Part shown: positions 11,351 to 22,713 of the stretch, one piece after another
Layout of the letters: the number at the start of each line of letters is the position of its first letter
Numbering within the stretch: the stretch's first letter is position 1
IMG/VR virus record: IMGVR_UViG_3300011253_000949
Coordinates: 2,614-66,613 of that record
DNA length: 64,000 bases
DNA from: a virus
Reading direction: 5' to 3' (one strand)
Position numbers and translations under genes: made by a program
The notes under the pieces: model-generated
Told to the model about the DNA's origin: nothing
Seen by the model: the letters and a program-made list of their open reading frames with translations, nothing else
Database searches by the model: none

Positions 11351-14300
11351 ATGTCTGAACTTGATCGCATCGACTCTGATTACTTCTCAGGGCGGTTGGA
11401 CTTTGGTGATGGACGGGATGCACCGGTTCCCACTTCTCCTGTTCAGCAGAAGATGCAAACGATCAAAGACAAGACCTCTGCCAAGAAGATGCAGATGGCT
11501 GGGGATGATTACTTCAAAGCATTGGCTGTTGCAGATCAGCAAGGCAACGATCTGGGTGAAGATTCTGAGATGGTTCAGGACTTCAACACGCTCGACGATC
11601 TGACACTCATGTACAAGTACGGCGAGACAGCAATTCAGTCTCGTATGAACTTCCTCAATGCAGGACGTGAAGCAAACCGTGTCAGCAGCCTGGAACGTGA
11701 CTGGGGTGAAGTTGCTGGTGACAGTGCCATTGGGGTAGCTCAGGGCGTTGTGGGCATGGGTACAGGCATTGTGCAAGGTGCCTTGGTAGCCAACGACGCT
11801 TTGAACACCGGTGTTGAATGGCTCACAGGAACTGAGTTTGCTGAACCAGTGGCTCCCCTATTTGCTGAGCTGACTGCCAAAGGTAATGAATGGGCCAACA
11901 GCTTTAAGTCTGATCGGTATCAAGAGAAGAGCAAAGAGATGGCTTTGATCCAAAGTCTTGATGCTCAAGAGAACCAACGTCTGTACGATGAGGATATTGC
12001 CAAAGGTGCATTGGGCGCAGGCTTTCGTAAGTTTGTCCGTGATGCTGGAGACACCATCGGAAACTATGCACAGAGCCCAACAATGGTTGGAGACATCGCT
12101 GCTCAAGGTGTTGGCTCTCTGGCTGGTTTTGGTGTGCTGGCAAAAGTCATGGGTAAAGCTGGAGCTGTCAAAGAACTTGTTGCCGGTGGCATGACCAAGA
12201 AGCAGGCTCTTTCCGTTGTGAACTCTGGAGCTGCAAAGGAGATTGTCCGTAAAAATACGATCGCTGCTGTACCCATTGTGAACGGTGCAGTCGAAGGTGG
12301 TAGTGCTGCCAGCTCTGCTCAGTTTGAGATCATGAGCAAGTCAGAAGAAGAGCTGACCGGCATCGAAGAATATGATGCAATGCGGGCAGATGGTCTGACA
12401 CATCGACAAGCACAAAAAGAACTCGCCAACACAGCTGGTCAAGTCAGTGGTGTGATCGGTGGAGCTGCTGGCTTTGTGGTTGGTAAAGCATTGGATCCAG
12501 CCTTTGAAGCCAACCCCATGAAAGCTCTGAAAGGCAAAGGTGCAGGTAATGCACTGGCAGCCTCAGGCAAGACGATCGCAACAGAGACCCTGGAAGAAGG
12601 CGTCACAGAGACTGCATCGACCATCGCCAGTAACGTAGGTCAGAATGTTGCAGGTCTGGACGTAGACCCTTTTGAAGGCGCTGGTGAGGCATTTGCCACA
12701 GGTGCCATTGGAGGTAAGGTAACGGCCGGCACAGTACAGGCACCTGGGCTTGCAAAAGCTGCTTTGGGAGCTGCAGGACAAGGTGCAGTCAAGGCTGTCG
12801 GTGCTGCTGTTGAAGCTGGTGCTGAGAGAGGCAATAAAGCCATCAAAGCTGGTGAAGACAAGAACCGGAATGAACTGGGAGTGGCTGCATCAGCTGCTGC
12901 TGAGACCATTCTGGACACCACCCCACAGGACACCGCACCAGATGGTGTGGAGTCAGCTCAAACCGTTCTCAGCAAGAAGATCACCGATAACTACTATGTC
13001 TCCGATGAGGCAGATGCTCAGCTCATGAATGCAGAGATGTCTGGAGACGGATTTATCAAACTCAGAGAGCAGCGCAAAGCTGCAGGTCTGTCAGAGAAGT
13101 TTAGCCAACATGATGTTGTGAATGTCCTTGGTTCCACCTTGATGGACAAGAAAGCAACAGGCGTAAACAAGCAGCTTACTGCGGTCAGTCTCCTGAGTGC
13201 CTATGATGAAGTCCGTAAGATGACCTCAGATGAGGCCAAGGCTGCAATGGCTGAGCTGGGTAAAGACAACCCAACTGCACAGGACTTTGCCAAGATCCAG
13301 AAAGCCACAAATGAGCTGGAGAACACCGCGGCAATTCTTGAAGCCAAACTGCAGATGCAGACGATCACACAAGAAGATTTGAAAGCATGGATCGGATACG
13401 ATGTAGCTGGAACTGCAAAGCCTGATGATACCCAGGTTGAGTTTGTGGATCTGGTGACACGGTACAATCCAGGCATCCTGACAGTGAGCCAGTATGATCA
13501 GATTTTGGAGCAGCGCAAAAGTGGCTTGAACCCTAAGAGCTCCATTCTCATGAAGAGCCTGAAAAGCACACGTGAGATCGTAGCTGACATCCAAGAAGCA
13601 ACTCAGACCAAAGCAGCGATCAACGAAAGCACACAAGGCAAAGAGAGCAACTATAAGCCTGACTCGAAGATGGTCAGCATGGATGTGAATGTTGAAGGCA
13701 ACCGGAACAACAGCGGTAAATCTATTCTGCAGCACCGTGCAGACATCATAGATGCTGTAGCCACCGGCCGTACAAAGGATGCGCGAACAGCTTTGCGTGA
13801 CATGTATGAGTTTACCAGAAGCCAGATCAACAAAATGATTGCGCTGAACACATCAGCACAGGCCTATGATCCAGAGACCAAAGCCTACAAGAAGGTACGT
13901 TTCGATGCGTACAATCCTGACAAAGGCATCCGGTACAAGACAGACAAGAAGCAGTCTCCTTTCTCGGATCCAACCAATTCAGCATCCGTGGTTCAAGCCA
14001 TGGATACAGCTGCAGACACAAAGCTCTTGGTGAACGCCTATAACAGCCTCCTAGAGACCTATGGTGAACAGCTGGGTAAGCTGCCTAAAGCCATGGCTGA
14101 GAAGCCTCTGGTGGCCCCTGCACTCGATTCATCCATGGCTCTCATTGCACTTCCAGCCCCGGCTACGGTTAGTGATGTTTTGGTTTTGGAAGACACAAAC
14201 GAAGGAGCGAGTGCTGTGGCTTCAGCCACGAGCACTGCTTCTGAGAGCGTGACTGATAAAACGGAAACATCGGTAACCAATGACGAGGGCGGTAACGTTA

Positions 14301-17300
14301 CATCTACCCTATCCCTCTCAGAAGCAAATGAAGCCCGTCGTGAGGCTAAGTTTGCCAAGGAGCAAGAAGCTGTAGAAAACACCACACCAACCCAAGTCAC
14401 AGCAGTACCTGAAGAAGCTACAGGCGAAACAGCTATGGCTGCTGCTTTGATTGCTGCAGGACTGGTGACAGAAGACACCACACCAGCTCAAACCAAACCA
14501 AAGAAGAAAAAGAAGAAAGCCAAGAAAGCTGAGCAGAAAAAGCTTATCGAGCAGGAAATTCAGGATGCCAAACCGGAAGAAGCTGAAAGTGCCGCGGAGA
14601 CATTGGCTGATCTGATGCCTGATCTGGAAACAGACACAGACGGGAACAACTGGTTCCTGAAGTCTTTCCGTCGACTGAAGGACTCTAAGCTTCTGACACT
14701 GAGCAATCCTTTTGCCTGGATCAAAGAGAACTATGACGCCCTGGGTGTTGACCAGAAGGTTGAGTTTGATGACCAGCAAAAAGAAGTGCTGAGAGACTTC
14801 ACAGAGAACCAAGCTCCCAAGATCATGCAGCTTGTGAATGGCTATGCAAATGATGCATTGAACGCCACACGTAAGACCAGAGACAAAAGCAAGATGGGGA
14901 ATGACATCCCCGCTTCTGGTGTGAAGGTCATTCCTAAGAAGTGGCTGCAGGATCTTCAAAGCACCGGTGATGTGCTCACATACAACAACGCTCTGCCCCT
15001 GAACTTGGGCAGCCGTGATGAGAAGGATGTCTTCTCACTGGATGAGCGTGTCGCTCAGGCAGCTGTCATGGCTACAACAGAGTGGATGCTTCAGAACAGA
15101 AGTGTACCTTCTCCTTATCTGAATGATGAAGAGATCGCCAAGCGTCTGGGTATTCGTCAAAAGACTGTGACACAAGAGATGCGAGATGCTGTGAATGGTG
15201 GCATGTTCATTCAGCGTGCAATCGACGAGATCTCCCGTAAGATCACAAACCTGATGGGCGTGAAAGCACTCAAAGGATCCAGCATTTCATACACACAAGG
15301 TATCCCAAGGGCTCTTGCTGTGAACATGTTGGCTGCTTTCGAAGAAGCTCAGTTCATCAACATCAGTCAGCCTCTGGAATATGTGGACAGCAAAGGTGAA
15401 AAGGGCTCCTATGCATCAGTAAGCATCCGCAACACTCAGTACACAGAATGGATGGCAGACTCGTTTGTAGGCATGGAAGACATGTTCACGTCTGCCTTCC
15501 TCCCAAGTAGCTTCAAGGCTCGGATCATTGGTTCTCCTCCAGATCCAGCCAGCGTTGCTCGGACACAGATGCGCAATCCCCTGGTCAAATTGTCGCCAGA
15601 AGAACGCAAGGCAATGGCACGTCTGGAAGCCACACCCTTCAGAGCAAATGCGCCTTTGTGGGCAATGGCTCAAGCACTCGGTAAAGACCGGATGGCAAAG
15701 CTACGTGGGTTTGTAGAGGTCAACGAAAAGACCATGAACAAGGTGGATCGCAAGAGCATCGAAGGTAAAAATCGATCGATCCTGCGAGGCTTGAACGGTG
15801 TTGCCGGCTACATGGATGAAGCAGGTGGGACAGACAAACCGTTCTTCTTCAAGTGGGGTATGTCTTCCAACGGTCGTTTGTTCCAGCAAGGTCCGATTAC
15901 ACCACAGGCAGACAAGTATGCCCGTGAGATGATGACAGCCACAAATGCCGTGATCGATATGAATGATCCAACTTACGAGACAATGTTCTGGCTCACAGTG
16001 GCTCAATCGATCGATCAAAAAGTTCATAAGCAAGATGTAGAAGTAAGCGTGCACAATGCTATGGAAGCTATGAAAGATCCAGACGGGCTAAAGCCCGCCG
16101 TGGATCTCATGATGAAGTATCAAACTGAGGGTACGCTGACAGAAGAAGAGATGGACACAATGATGTCTGCCTTCTCAAACAAAGCATCTCCTGAGTTCAC
16201 TGACAAAGTGTTCCATGCTGTAAACGTGGTAGCACGTCTAAATAACGCCTCTGAGAGCGATAAGGCTGCATTCTCAACCTCCCTGTCCTTGGAAGCAGAT
16301 GGCGTCACAGACGGCCCTGTGAACGCTGTGGTGCATATGTCCACAGGCGAATTCAAGGCACACCAGCTCAAGATTATGGCAATGGGTGGCTTGTTCTTCT
16401 CTGAAGATCGGATGAGCCTCAACGATTACTGGAAGATCAACAACGTCGATCTGTACACAGAAGCCACGAAAGAAACTGAAAATCAGCTGTCAGCTGAGAT
16501 GACTGCTTTGCGTAACTCAGGCACACCTGATGAAGTGTCTCATGCTGAAAAGACAATGCGTGTACTGCATGCATTCCTTCCTGATTTCAACTTTGCTGAG
16601 AAAGCTGAAGACGACGCTGTCATCGACAATGAGAACCTTCCTTTCAAAGACGAAGTAGAAAGCGACGGGGAGTTCAAGCTGGGCAGAAGCAACAGCAAGA
16701 ACCCTCTGACAGTGTTCATCTACGGTGCTGGTTTGTCAGGGATCTCCGATAAGATCACCTCCACAGTCACCGGTGAGATCTACAAGAGGATGTCTGAGAT
16801 TGCTACACAGCTCGAAGATGGAACCATTACATCCTGGGACCAGCATGAGATCTTTGTGGATAATCCACAGCTGGTGAGCGATCTGAACGATGTGTTCAGT
16901 GCCACAGTGGAAGAGGGTGACTGGGAAAAAGTAACCCGTTCAGATCTGCGACTGGGTGACATGTTCCGCAAACCTGTAGAGGCATTCTTCAGGACTGATT
17001 GGCTGGATAACCTCCAGTCATCTATCAGCCGTTTCTACACAACAGCTTTGATCACAGCGATCGATCGAGTGACTGGGGGACTGCAAGAGAACATGCAGAT
17101 CATGCAGACCACAGCGTCTGTACAGGCCTATATGTTTGAGCAGACATTCAATGATCTGCTGGCTCAGAAGAACGAAGAGCGCAAAGCAAATACCGAGAAG
17201 GGCAGGGGCAACGTTCAACTGTCTGAAGAAGAGATCCAGGCTGTCTTTGAAGAGACTATGAAAGTGGCTCCCATCTACGAGACAGATGCACAGAGCTACC

Positions 17301-20300
17301 ACATTTCAGGTGGTACGCAGTACCAAAGCAAGACACGGATTGCGACCAACTTCAAAGGCAAGCTGTCTTCTGGGATGTCACATGTTGCACCCTCTGAGCC
17401 AAGCGTGAAGATCTCTCCATACCTGACCATTGGTACAGGGGATGGTCGTATGGTGGTGAACATCTACAACAAAGCAGATGGTTCTCTGGATACGTCATTG
17501 GCTGTCTTTGATGGTATCGAGCTGGCAGCTGACAACATCTACACCGGTTCAACACAAGTGAATGAGAGCGTCTATGACGCCTGGATGAACGGCAACAACT
17601 TCCAGACAATGCTGGAAGGCTATGACCGGTTCTTGATGAATGTCGATTATGACAAAATGGAGCCAATGCAAAAGAAGCTGAACAAAAGCTTTGGAAAGCA
17701 AAAAGGCGAAGTGGTTACAGAAGCAGACTTTGCAGCTCTGCGTGTCACGCTTCAAGCCAAGGCAGATGAAGTCCAGGCGCGTAAAAACACCATGACAAAG
17801 TTCAAGATCTGGGTTGATCACATGGCTGGAGCCAACAGCCCATATGGTAAGGTCGATGAAGATCTGACCGGCATCACGCACGCAAAAGACTCATACGACA
17901 CAAGTGCGCTTGAGGCGCAGATGAACGTAATCTTTGAAGAAGAGCTTGCGAAGATCACAGCAGACCGCACCACAGCATCCCAAACCGAACCAGTTCAGCC
18001 AGCCAACGAAGGGCTGCAAACGATGATCGAGCGTGTTGGTTCACCTCTGTATAAGCGGGAGGTACACGAGGTCTCCGGTAAGGTGATGAAGAAGTTCTTC
18101 TACAAGTCGAAAGACCAAGGCTACAACAACGAGCAGAGCCAAGTGTTTTGGAAGGTGATGAACCGCCCAGAAAACAAGGATCTCGATGATTGGCGGTTCT
18201 ACTTTGGTTCTGCTGAAGAGCTCAACCGTCTGAAGGCTGACGTGTTCAAAGACCTGAACCAAAAAGGCATTGGGAATGGTCAGGCATTTGCCGGCACAAA
18301 GGTAGCATTCATTGCCAATGCTTCACCTGAGACAATGCTGCACGAAGCCTTGCATGCCATGACGGCCGCACATCTACAGAACTACTACACCGATTCAAGC
18401 AACACAGCTGATTATGTGAAAGATGCAATTGTACGTCTTGAGGATCTGTTGAAAGAGTTCCGCGGATTGGACCTACAGTTTGAGCCTACAAATGTTCAAG
18501 TAGCTGCCAGAGAACTGATGGACAGCATCAACATTGCAGAAGCTGAGAGCTTGGATGCTCGTGCAGAAGTGATGGGTGAATTCCTGTCATGGACCTTGAG
18601 CAATCAAAAGCTGATTGGACTGACCAAGAAGGTCAAAGTCTATGGTCCATTGCACAAGTTGGCTTACAAAGTGCTGACAGCAATAAAAGAAATGTTTGGC
18701 ATGTCGAAGTCCTTCAAAGGGACAGACATGTTCTCCAACATCAGGTTCAACACAGAGATCCTGACAGGTACGCCAGCACAGTTTGGTGCAGACATCGTAC
18801 AGGAGCAGCGCTTCACAGCCTCAGAGCCAGTGGCTCATGTGGAGAGTGCCTATGTAGAGAAGCTCACTCAGACGCTCAAAGCCAACCTGCTAGACTCAGG
18901 CCTTGGTCCATTGGATGCAGCCAGGGAGAATACAGAACGTCAGCTGCAGCTGGAGAGAAATGCTACCAAGGCAGTGAACCAAGTAAATGCACGTGGCGAC
19001 TGGGGTATGAACCAGCGAGAAGCTCAGGCTTTTAAAGCTGTGCATGCAACAATGATGACCGGTTATGGTCTGAATGCTGCAGCAATGCGTGAAGCAAACA
19101 ATGTGTATGTGCATGCGGTCAAGAACCTGAAGGTCGATGACTTCTTGATCGATCCGGATACAGCAACAGTTGCAGAGCGTAAGACTGCCAAGCGACAGCT
19201 TAAGACACTGACAGGTGGGACTGGTATCCGCAAAGATGCCAATAACCGATCTGATCTGTTGGCAACATTCGTGGCTTTGAGCCAAGTAAGTGAGCCAATG
19301 AAGCTGGCACTTGGTCGACTGACCATTCCATCAAAGACAAGCAAGATTGAAAAGAGTGTGGATGGGGTCATTGATGGCCTTGCAGACACGTTGACCAATT
19401 ACCTGAGTGAGCTGCCGATGAGCAAGGGAAGCACACAGCAGAATGCTGCTCAGGCGATGAACATGCTGTCAGCCACACTGACCACCATCAACAAAGAAAA
19501 TGACATGCTGGCTAAGGTAGACGGCCAAGCTTGGATGATGCGTGCAAATGATCTGATTGTAGAGAAGGCAGGCAAGCTTACGAAAAAAGCATCTGAGGCT
19601 GTAAAGGCAAAGATTGCGGCATCAAGTACAGGACCAAAGAAGACAGGTTTGCAGGTAGCCAACTTGGTTCTCTCATTTGGGTCAGCCAAAGACAGTGATA
19701 CAGCTCAGGAATTCTTGGTCTCTGCGCTGAACAACACACCACGCTTTGAGAGCCTGAAGAAGATCTACAGCGACCTGAGAGGCATGACTCAAGAGAACGC
19801 GTCACTGATGCGTCTCATCAACCCTGTGAAGTCTGTCGTAGATGCAATGCGTCAGGAGTATCGTGAGCGTATCCCTGAAGAGTTTGCCAAGCAGTTCAGC
19901 CGCAAACTGAAGAAGGAAGAATGGGTGGGCATGTACCATGGCATTCTCAAGACAGATCTGACTGCTCTTGGTCGGAAAGAGACACTTGATCTGATCAAGG
20001 ATCCAAGCTCGATCCAAGCACGTATTGCTGCTGAAGAGGGCAACCTTGGTTCAAAGAATGTGCAGCTCTACAAAGAGAAGTCTAAGGCCTTGGCACATTA
20101 CATGGTCACCGGTGAAGTCACATCGACAAACCTGCTGCCAAATGCAGAAGCCATTGCCCGTCTGCTCAATGAGCGTAATGTCATTGGTTCCACAAACAGT
20201 GGTCTGGTGAGATCGATCGATCGATTGGTCAGCTTGTATGCTTTCGAGATGACAGACCAAGCTTCCAAAGACATGATGACAGAGCTGATGAACTCAGATC

Positions 20301-22171
20301 CAAAAGACGAAAGAGCCATGGGCTTGATCGTTGGATATGCCAAAGCAAACAACAGCCTTGAGAACAACAAACGTCCAAGCGGCCGTGAAGGCAATGTTGC
20401 AAAGTACAACGGCTTGAAAGGCTATGCACCGGCAACAGCTGAGAGCGGTCAGAGCCTGATGGTTGTACCAGACAGCCAAGCAGCAGACCTGATCAAAAAA
20501 GGCTACACACGGATCGGTGACTATGATGGTGACAGCTCTGAGAACTTCCGTGGACAGCGTGGGTATTACTACTCGTCGGTAGGTGGTCTGAACACATATC
20601 GCCAGGGCATTGCCCAGACAGTGCATGCAACCTGGAAAGGGGTTGATATGCGCAATGGTCAGTCCCGTGTAGGCAACACCGTTGGCAGTGCCATTGTTGG
20701 TTCCAAAGCCCGTCAGGTGAAAAGCACCATAGGACGGCCGCTGAATGGCCTAGCTGCTGGCGAGTACCTCATGCCCATCTTTGACGATAAAGGCGCTGTA
20801 AGCGGATATCAGCGACCTCTGGCTGCAGATAAGATGGCATTGCTGAAGAAGGACGAGCACATCGGTCGGATGCTGGGGGTATGGACCGGACGGATTGTGG
20901 AGGAGAATGCCGCCGATGGGTTCAACATGGAGCTGCTGAATACCCTCAAAGAGATCCACACAAAGCATAAGCTGGCGGGTCGGGACAGTGAGTTTGTGAA
21001 CCTTGCAGATCCTGAGCTGAAAGATCCCGTCTACAAGGATGCGTGGAACACGATGGGATGGAAGATGAAGGAAGATGCAGCGGAGGTATTCGGACGGGCC
21101 GACTACTTCCCTGTCAGGCGTGACATGATTGATGACGCGTTGGGATACCGTGCTGCATCTATAACGGATCCATGGACAGGGATTACGCGTTGGAGTCCTA
21201 AAACACAGAAGCTTCTGCGGGATACTGCAACGGCGATTATGGGCGTGAACGCCTATAAATATATGAAGATGGCTGAGAATGGGATTGGGGGCGTTGTCTC
21301 TTATGCCAAGACCAACATCATCATTCGATCAGTTGTTGTGATGTATGAGAACATCGTCTCGAACGGACTGCATCTGCTGACACATGGCATTGGACCGGTG
21401 ACAATGGCAAAGGCTATGAGAACCAAGTTCTTGGAGATCACCACCTATGTGAAGAACAAAGAAGAGATGCTGTCTCTCAACGTTCAGCTCTCTGCTGTGA
21501 TCAACGATGCTTCTAAAGCCAACCCCATCAAGGCACGTTTGATTGCATTGGAAGATGCCAACAACCAGCTGAGCATCAAACCATTGATTGACGCAGGGGA
21601 GTTCTCCACGATCTCGGAAAGCTTGACCGAAGAGGATCTGGCAGCACGAGATGGTAAGATTGCTGAGCTGGTCGAGAAGGCAGTAGACAAGCTGCCAGGA
21701 GTGGCAAGAACCATTGGTAAGAATGCCATCATCAGCAAAGACACTGCCCTGTTCAGGGTGTTGAACCGGATGGTTCAGTATGGTGACTTTGTAGGCAAAG
21801 CAGTCTTGTATGATCACCTGATCGAGAAGCGTGGCAAGACCAAGCAAGAAGCTATGGATACGATCTCAGAAGAGTTCGTGAACTATAACCGGTTGCCTGG
21901 ACGAACCAGAGACGCACTGGAGAGCAATGGTCTGCTGTGGTTCTTCAACTACAAGCTTCGTATCCAGAAGATTGCCATGAACGCTGTGAGAGAGCGTCCT
22001 GTGACAGCCTTGCTGTGGGCTGGAGGGGTAGGACCAGCCATGGACATAGACTCGGTGTTCTCAGGCTCTCTGGGAGGCTCCATTGTGGATGGTCGGATTG
22101 GGTATGCGATTGGACCTGAGATGGGATACAACGGATTGTTCCTGAACCCATGGCTCAACTTGGCAAATTGA
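11351..22171 (+). CDS. Virion-encapsidated RNA polymerase (N4 gp50, vRNAP), 3606 aa
   Basis: Size; T7-like motifs SSNGR, motif A LEADGVTDGP, motif B RSNSKNPLTVFIYG, motif C VFDG; no Cys seen, as expected for vRNAP. Confidence 0.97.
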   Translation: MSELDRIDSDYFSGRLDFGDGRDAPVPTSPVQQKMQTIKDKTSAKKMQMAGDDYFKALAVADQQGNDLGEDSEMVQDFNTLDDLTLMYKYGETAIQSRMNFLNAGREANRVSSLERDWGEVAGDSAIGVAQGVVGMGTGIVQGALVANDALNTGVEWLTGTEFAEPVAPLFAELTAKGNEWANSFKSDRYQEKSKEMALIQSLDAQENQRLYDEDIAKGALGAGFRKFVRDAGDTIGNYAQSPTMVGDIAAQGVGSLAGFGVLAKVMGKAGAVKELVAGGMTKKQALSVVNSGAAKEIVRKNTIAAVPIVNGAVEGGSAASSAQFEIMSKSEEELTGIEEYDAMRADGLTHRQAQKELANTAGQVSGVIGGAAGFVVGKALDPAFEANPMKALKGKGAGNALAASGKTIATETLEEGVTETASTIASNVGQNVAGLDVDPFEGAGEAFATGAIGGKVTAGTVQAPGLAKAALGAAGQGAVKAVGAAVEAGAERGNKAIKAGEDKNRNELGVAASAAAETILDTTPQDTAPDGVESAQTVLSKKITDNYYVSDEADAQLMNAEMSGDGFIKLREQRKAAGLSEKFSQHDVVNVLGSTLMDKKATGVNKQLTAVSLLSAYDEVRKMTSDEAKAAMAELGKDNPTAQDFAKIQKATNELENTAAILEAKLQMQTITQEDLKAWIGYDVAGTAKPDDTQVEFVDLVTRYNPGILTVSQYDQILEQRKSGLNPKSSILMKSLKSTREIVADIQEATQTKAAINESTQGKESNYKPDSKMVSMDVNVEGNRNNSGKSILQHRADIIDAVATGRTKDARTALRDMYEFTRSQINKMIALNTSAQAYDPETKAYKKVRFDAYNPDKGIRYKTDKKQSPFSDPTNSASVVQAMDTAADTKLLVNAYNSLLETYGEQLGKLPKAMAEKPLVAPALDSSMALIALPAPATVSDVLVLEDTNEGASAVASATSTASESVTDKTETSVTNDEGGNVTSTLSLSEANEARREAKFAKEQEAVENTTPTQVTAVPEEATGETAMAAALIAAGLVTEDTTPAQTKPKKKKKKAKKAEQKKLIEQEIQDAKPEEAESAAETLADLMPDLETDTDGNNWFLKSFRRLKDSKLLTLSNPFAWIKENYDALGVDQKVEFDDQQKEVLRDFTENQAPKIMQLVNGYANDALNATRKTRDKSKMGNDIPASGVKVIPKKWLQDLQSTGDVLTYNNALPLNLGSRDEKDVFSLDERVAQAAVMATTEWMLQNRSVPSPYLNDEEIAKRLGIRQKTVTQEMRDAVNGGMFIQRAIDEISRKITNLMGVKALKGSSISYTQGIPRALAVNMLAAFEEAQFINISQPLEYVDSKGEKGSYASVSIRNTQYTEWMADSFVGMEDMFTSAFLPSSFKARIIGSPPDPASVARTQMRNPLVKLSPEERKAMARLEATPFRANAPLWAMAQALGKDRMAKLRGFVEVNEKTMNKVDRKSIEGKNRSILRGLNGVAGYMDEAGGTDKPFFFKWGMSSNGRLFQQGPITPQADKYAREMMTATNAVIDMNDPTYETMFWLTVAQSIDQKVHKQDVEVSVHNAMEAMKDPDGLKPAVDLMMKYQTEGTLTEEEMDTMMSAFSNKASPEFTDKVFHAVNVVARLNNASESDKAAFSTSLSLEADGVTDGPVNAVVHMSTGEFKAHQLKIMAMGGLFFSEDRMSLNDYWKINNVDLYTEATKETENQLSAEMTALRNSGTPDEVSHAEKTMRVLHAFLPDFNFAEKAEDDAVIDNENLPFKDEVESDGEFKLGRSNSKNPLTVFIYGAGLSGISDKITSTVTGEIYKRMSEIATQLEDGTITSWDQHEIFVDNPQLVSDLNDVFSATVEEGDWEKVTRSDLRLGDMFRKPVEAFFRTDWLDNLQSSISRFYTTALITAIDRVTGGLQENMQIMQTTASVQAYMFEQTFNDLLAQKNEERKANTEKGRGNVQLSEEEIQAVFEETMKVAPIYETDAQSYHISGGTQYQSKTRIATNFKGKLSSGMSHVAPSEPSVKISPYLTIGTGDGRMVVNIYNKADGSLDTSLAVFDGIELAADNIYTGSTQVNESVYDAWMNGNNFQTMLEGYDRFLMNVDYDKMEPMQKKLNKSFGKQKGEVVTEADFAALRVTLQAKADEVQARKNTMTKFKIWVDHMAGANSPYGKVDEDLTGITHAKDSYDTSALEAQMNVIFEEELAKITADRTTASQTEPVQPANEGLQTMIERVGSPLYKREVHEVSGKVMKKFFYKSKDQGYNNEQSQVFWKVMNRPENKDLDDWRFYFGSAEELNRLKADVFKDLNQKGIGNGQAFAGTKVAFIANASPETMLHEALHAMTAAHLQNYYTDSSNTADYVKDAIVRLEDLLKEFRGLDLQFEPTNVQVAARELMDSINIAEAESLDARAEVMGEFLSWTLSNQKLIGLTKKVKVYGPLHKLAYKVLTAIKEMFGMSKSFKGTDMFSNIRFNTEILTGTPAQFGADIVQEQRFTASEPVAHVESAYVEKLTQTLKANLLDSGLGPLDAARENTERQLQLERNATKAVNQVNARGDWGMNQREAQAFKAVHATMMTGYGLNAAAMREANNVYVHAVKNLKVDDFLIDPDTATVAERKTAKRQLKTLTGGTGIRKDANNRSDLLATFVALSQVSEPMKLALGRLTIPSKTSKIEKSVDGVIDGLADTLTNYLSELPMSKGSTQQNAAQAMNMLSATLTTINKENDMLAKVDGQAWMMRANDLIVEKAGKLTKKASEAVKAKIAASSTGPKKTGLQVANLVLSFGSAKDSDTAQEFLVSALNNTPRFESLKKIYSDLRGMTQENASLMRLINPVKSVVDAMRQEYRERIPEEFAKQFSRKLKKEEWVGMYHGILKTDLTALGRKETLDLIKDPSSIQARIAAEEGNLGSKNVQLYKEKSKALAHYMVTGEVTSTNLLPNAEAIARLLNERNVIGSTNSGLVRSIDRLVSLYAFEMTDQASKDMMTELMNSDPKDERAMGLIVGYAKANNSLENNKRPSGREGNVAKYNGLKGYAPATAESGQSLMVVPDSQAADLIKKGYTRIGDYDGDSSENFRGQRGYYYSSVGGLNTYRQGIAQTVHATWKGVDMRNGQSRVGNTVGSAIVGSKARQVKSTIGRPLNGLAAGEYLMPIFDDKGAVSGYQRPLAADKMALLKKDEHIGRMLGVWTGRIVEENAADGFNMELLNTLKEIHTKHKLAGRDSEFVNLADPELKDPVYKDAWNTMGWKMKEDAAEVFGRADYFPVRRDMIDDALGYRAASITDPWTGITRWSPKTQKLLRDTATAIMGVNAYKYMKMAENGIGGVVSYAKTNIIIRSVVVMYENIVSNGLHLLTHGIGPVTMAKAMRTKFLEITTYVKNKEEMLSLNVQLSAVINDASKANPIKARLIALEDANNQLSIKPLIDAGEFSTISESLTEEDLAARDGKIAELVEKAVDKLPGVARTIGKNAIISKDTALFRVLNRMVQYGDFVGKAVLYDHLIEKRGKTKQEAMDTISEEFVNYNRLPGRTRDALESNGLLWFFNYKLRIQKIAMNAVRERPVTALLWAGGVGPAMDIDSVFSGSLGGSIVDGRIGYAIGPEMGYNGLFLNPWLNLAN

Positions 22172-22277
22172 TAAATATCAGTTTCACAAGAAAACCTCTA
22201 TGAAGGGAAAATGACTAGAGCTATCACGGTAGGTGACAAAGTGGTCCTCCCGTTTTCCCGACAGGTTTTACTTTGCA

Positions 22278-22318
22278 ATGAGCCTCCCTAGTTACCCCTG
22301 GGGAGGCTCATTTTGTTT
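22278..22318. terminator. Hairpin terminator at the convergence of late and middle transcription units
   Basis: ATGAGCCTCCC...GGGAGGCTCAT stem followed by TTTGTTT. Confidence 0.65.
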
Positions 22319-22474
22319 ACTCTGCATTGCAATATCAGCTTGAATGGCTTCCACCAGTTCGTCTGCAAGATCGCGGATGTCTTCCAAGTCGGCCAGCAAT
22401 TCATCAAGGGAGACAGCCGTGTTGGCGTGAACTTCCCGGATTGCGTAGAATGCTATTTGTTTTTGAGTTGCCAT
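22292..22474 (-). CDS. Hypothetical protein (60 aa)
   Basis: ORF with AAGGG RBS; acidic helical sequence. Confidence 0.55.
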   Translation of the reverse strand: MATQKQIAFYAIREVHANTAVSLDELLADLEDIRDLADELVEAIQADIAMQSKQNEPPQG

Positions 22475-22531
22475 AAATTGGCCCTTCTCATGTAAAAGGT
22501 GGCCCCCCTAGCTAAGGCTGGGGAGGCTCAC

Positions 22532-22711
22532 TCATTTATGCCTGTTGTTTCTTGCTGATGTGACAAGCCAAGACCAGATAAATACCCCAGCTAGAAGTAA
22601 AAGAGACAGTCCAAGCAAGCTCAACATGAATGCCCATGCAGCACTAAAGACAGCAGCCAAAGCAAAGAAAAACAGACATAGATATACAACCATGCCTGTT
22701 AGCTTTGTCAT
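22532..22711 (-). CDS. Small two-TM membrane protein (59 aa; below the ORF-track cutoff)
   Basis: Hand translation MTKLTGMVVYLCLFFFALAAVFSAAWAFMLSLLGLSLLLLAGVFIWSWLVTSARNNRHK; starts just after the upstream stop. Confidence 0.65.
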   Translation of the reverse strand: MTKLTGMVVYLCLFFFALAAVFSAAWAFMLSLLGLSLLLLAGVFIWSWLVTSARNNRHK

Positions 22712-22713
22712 GA

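Noticed and set aside
14495-14530. A-rich poly-Lys tract in vRNAP as a frameshift site
   Set aside because: The ORF stays open; the tract lies in a low-complexity interdomain linker
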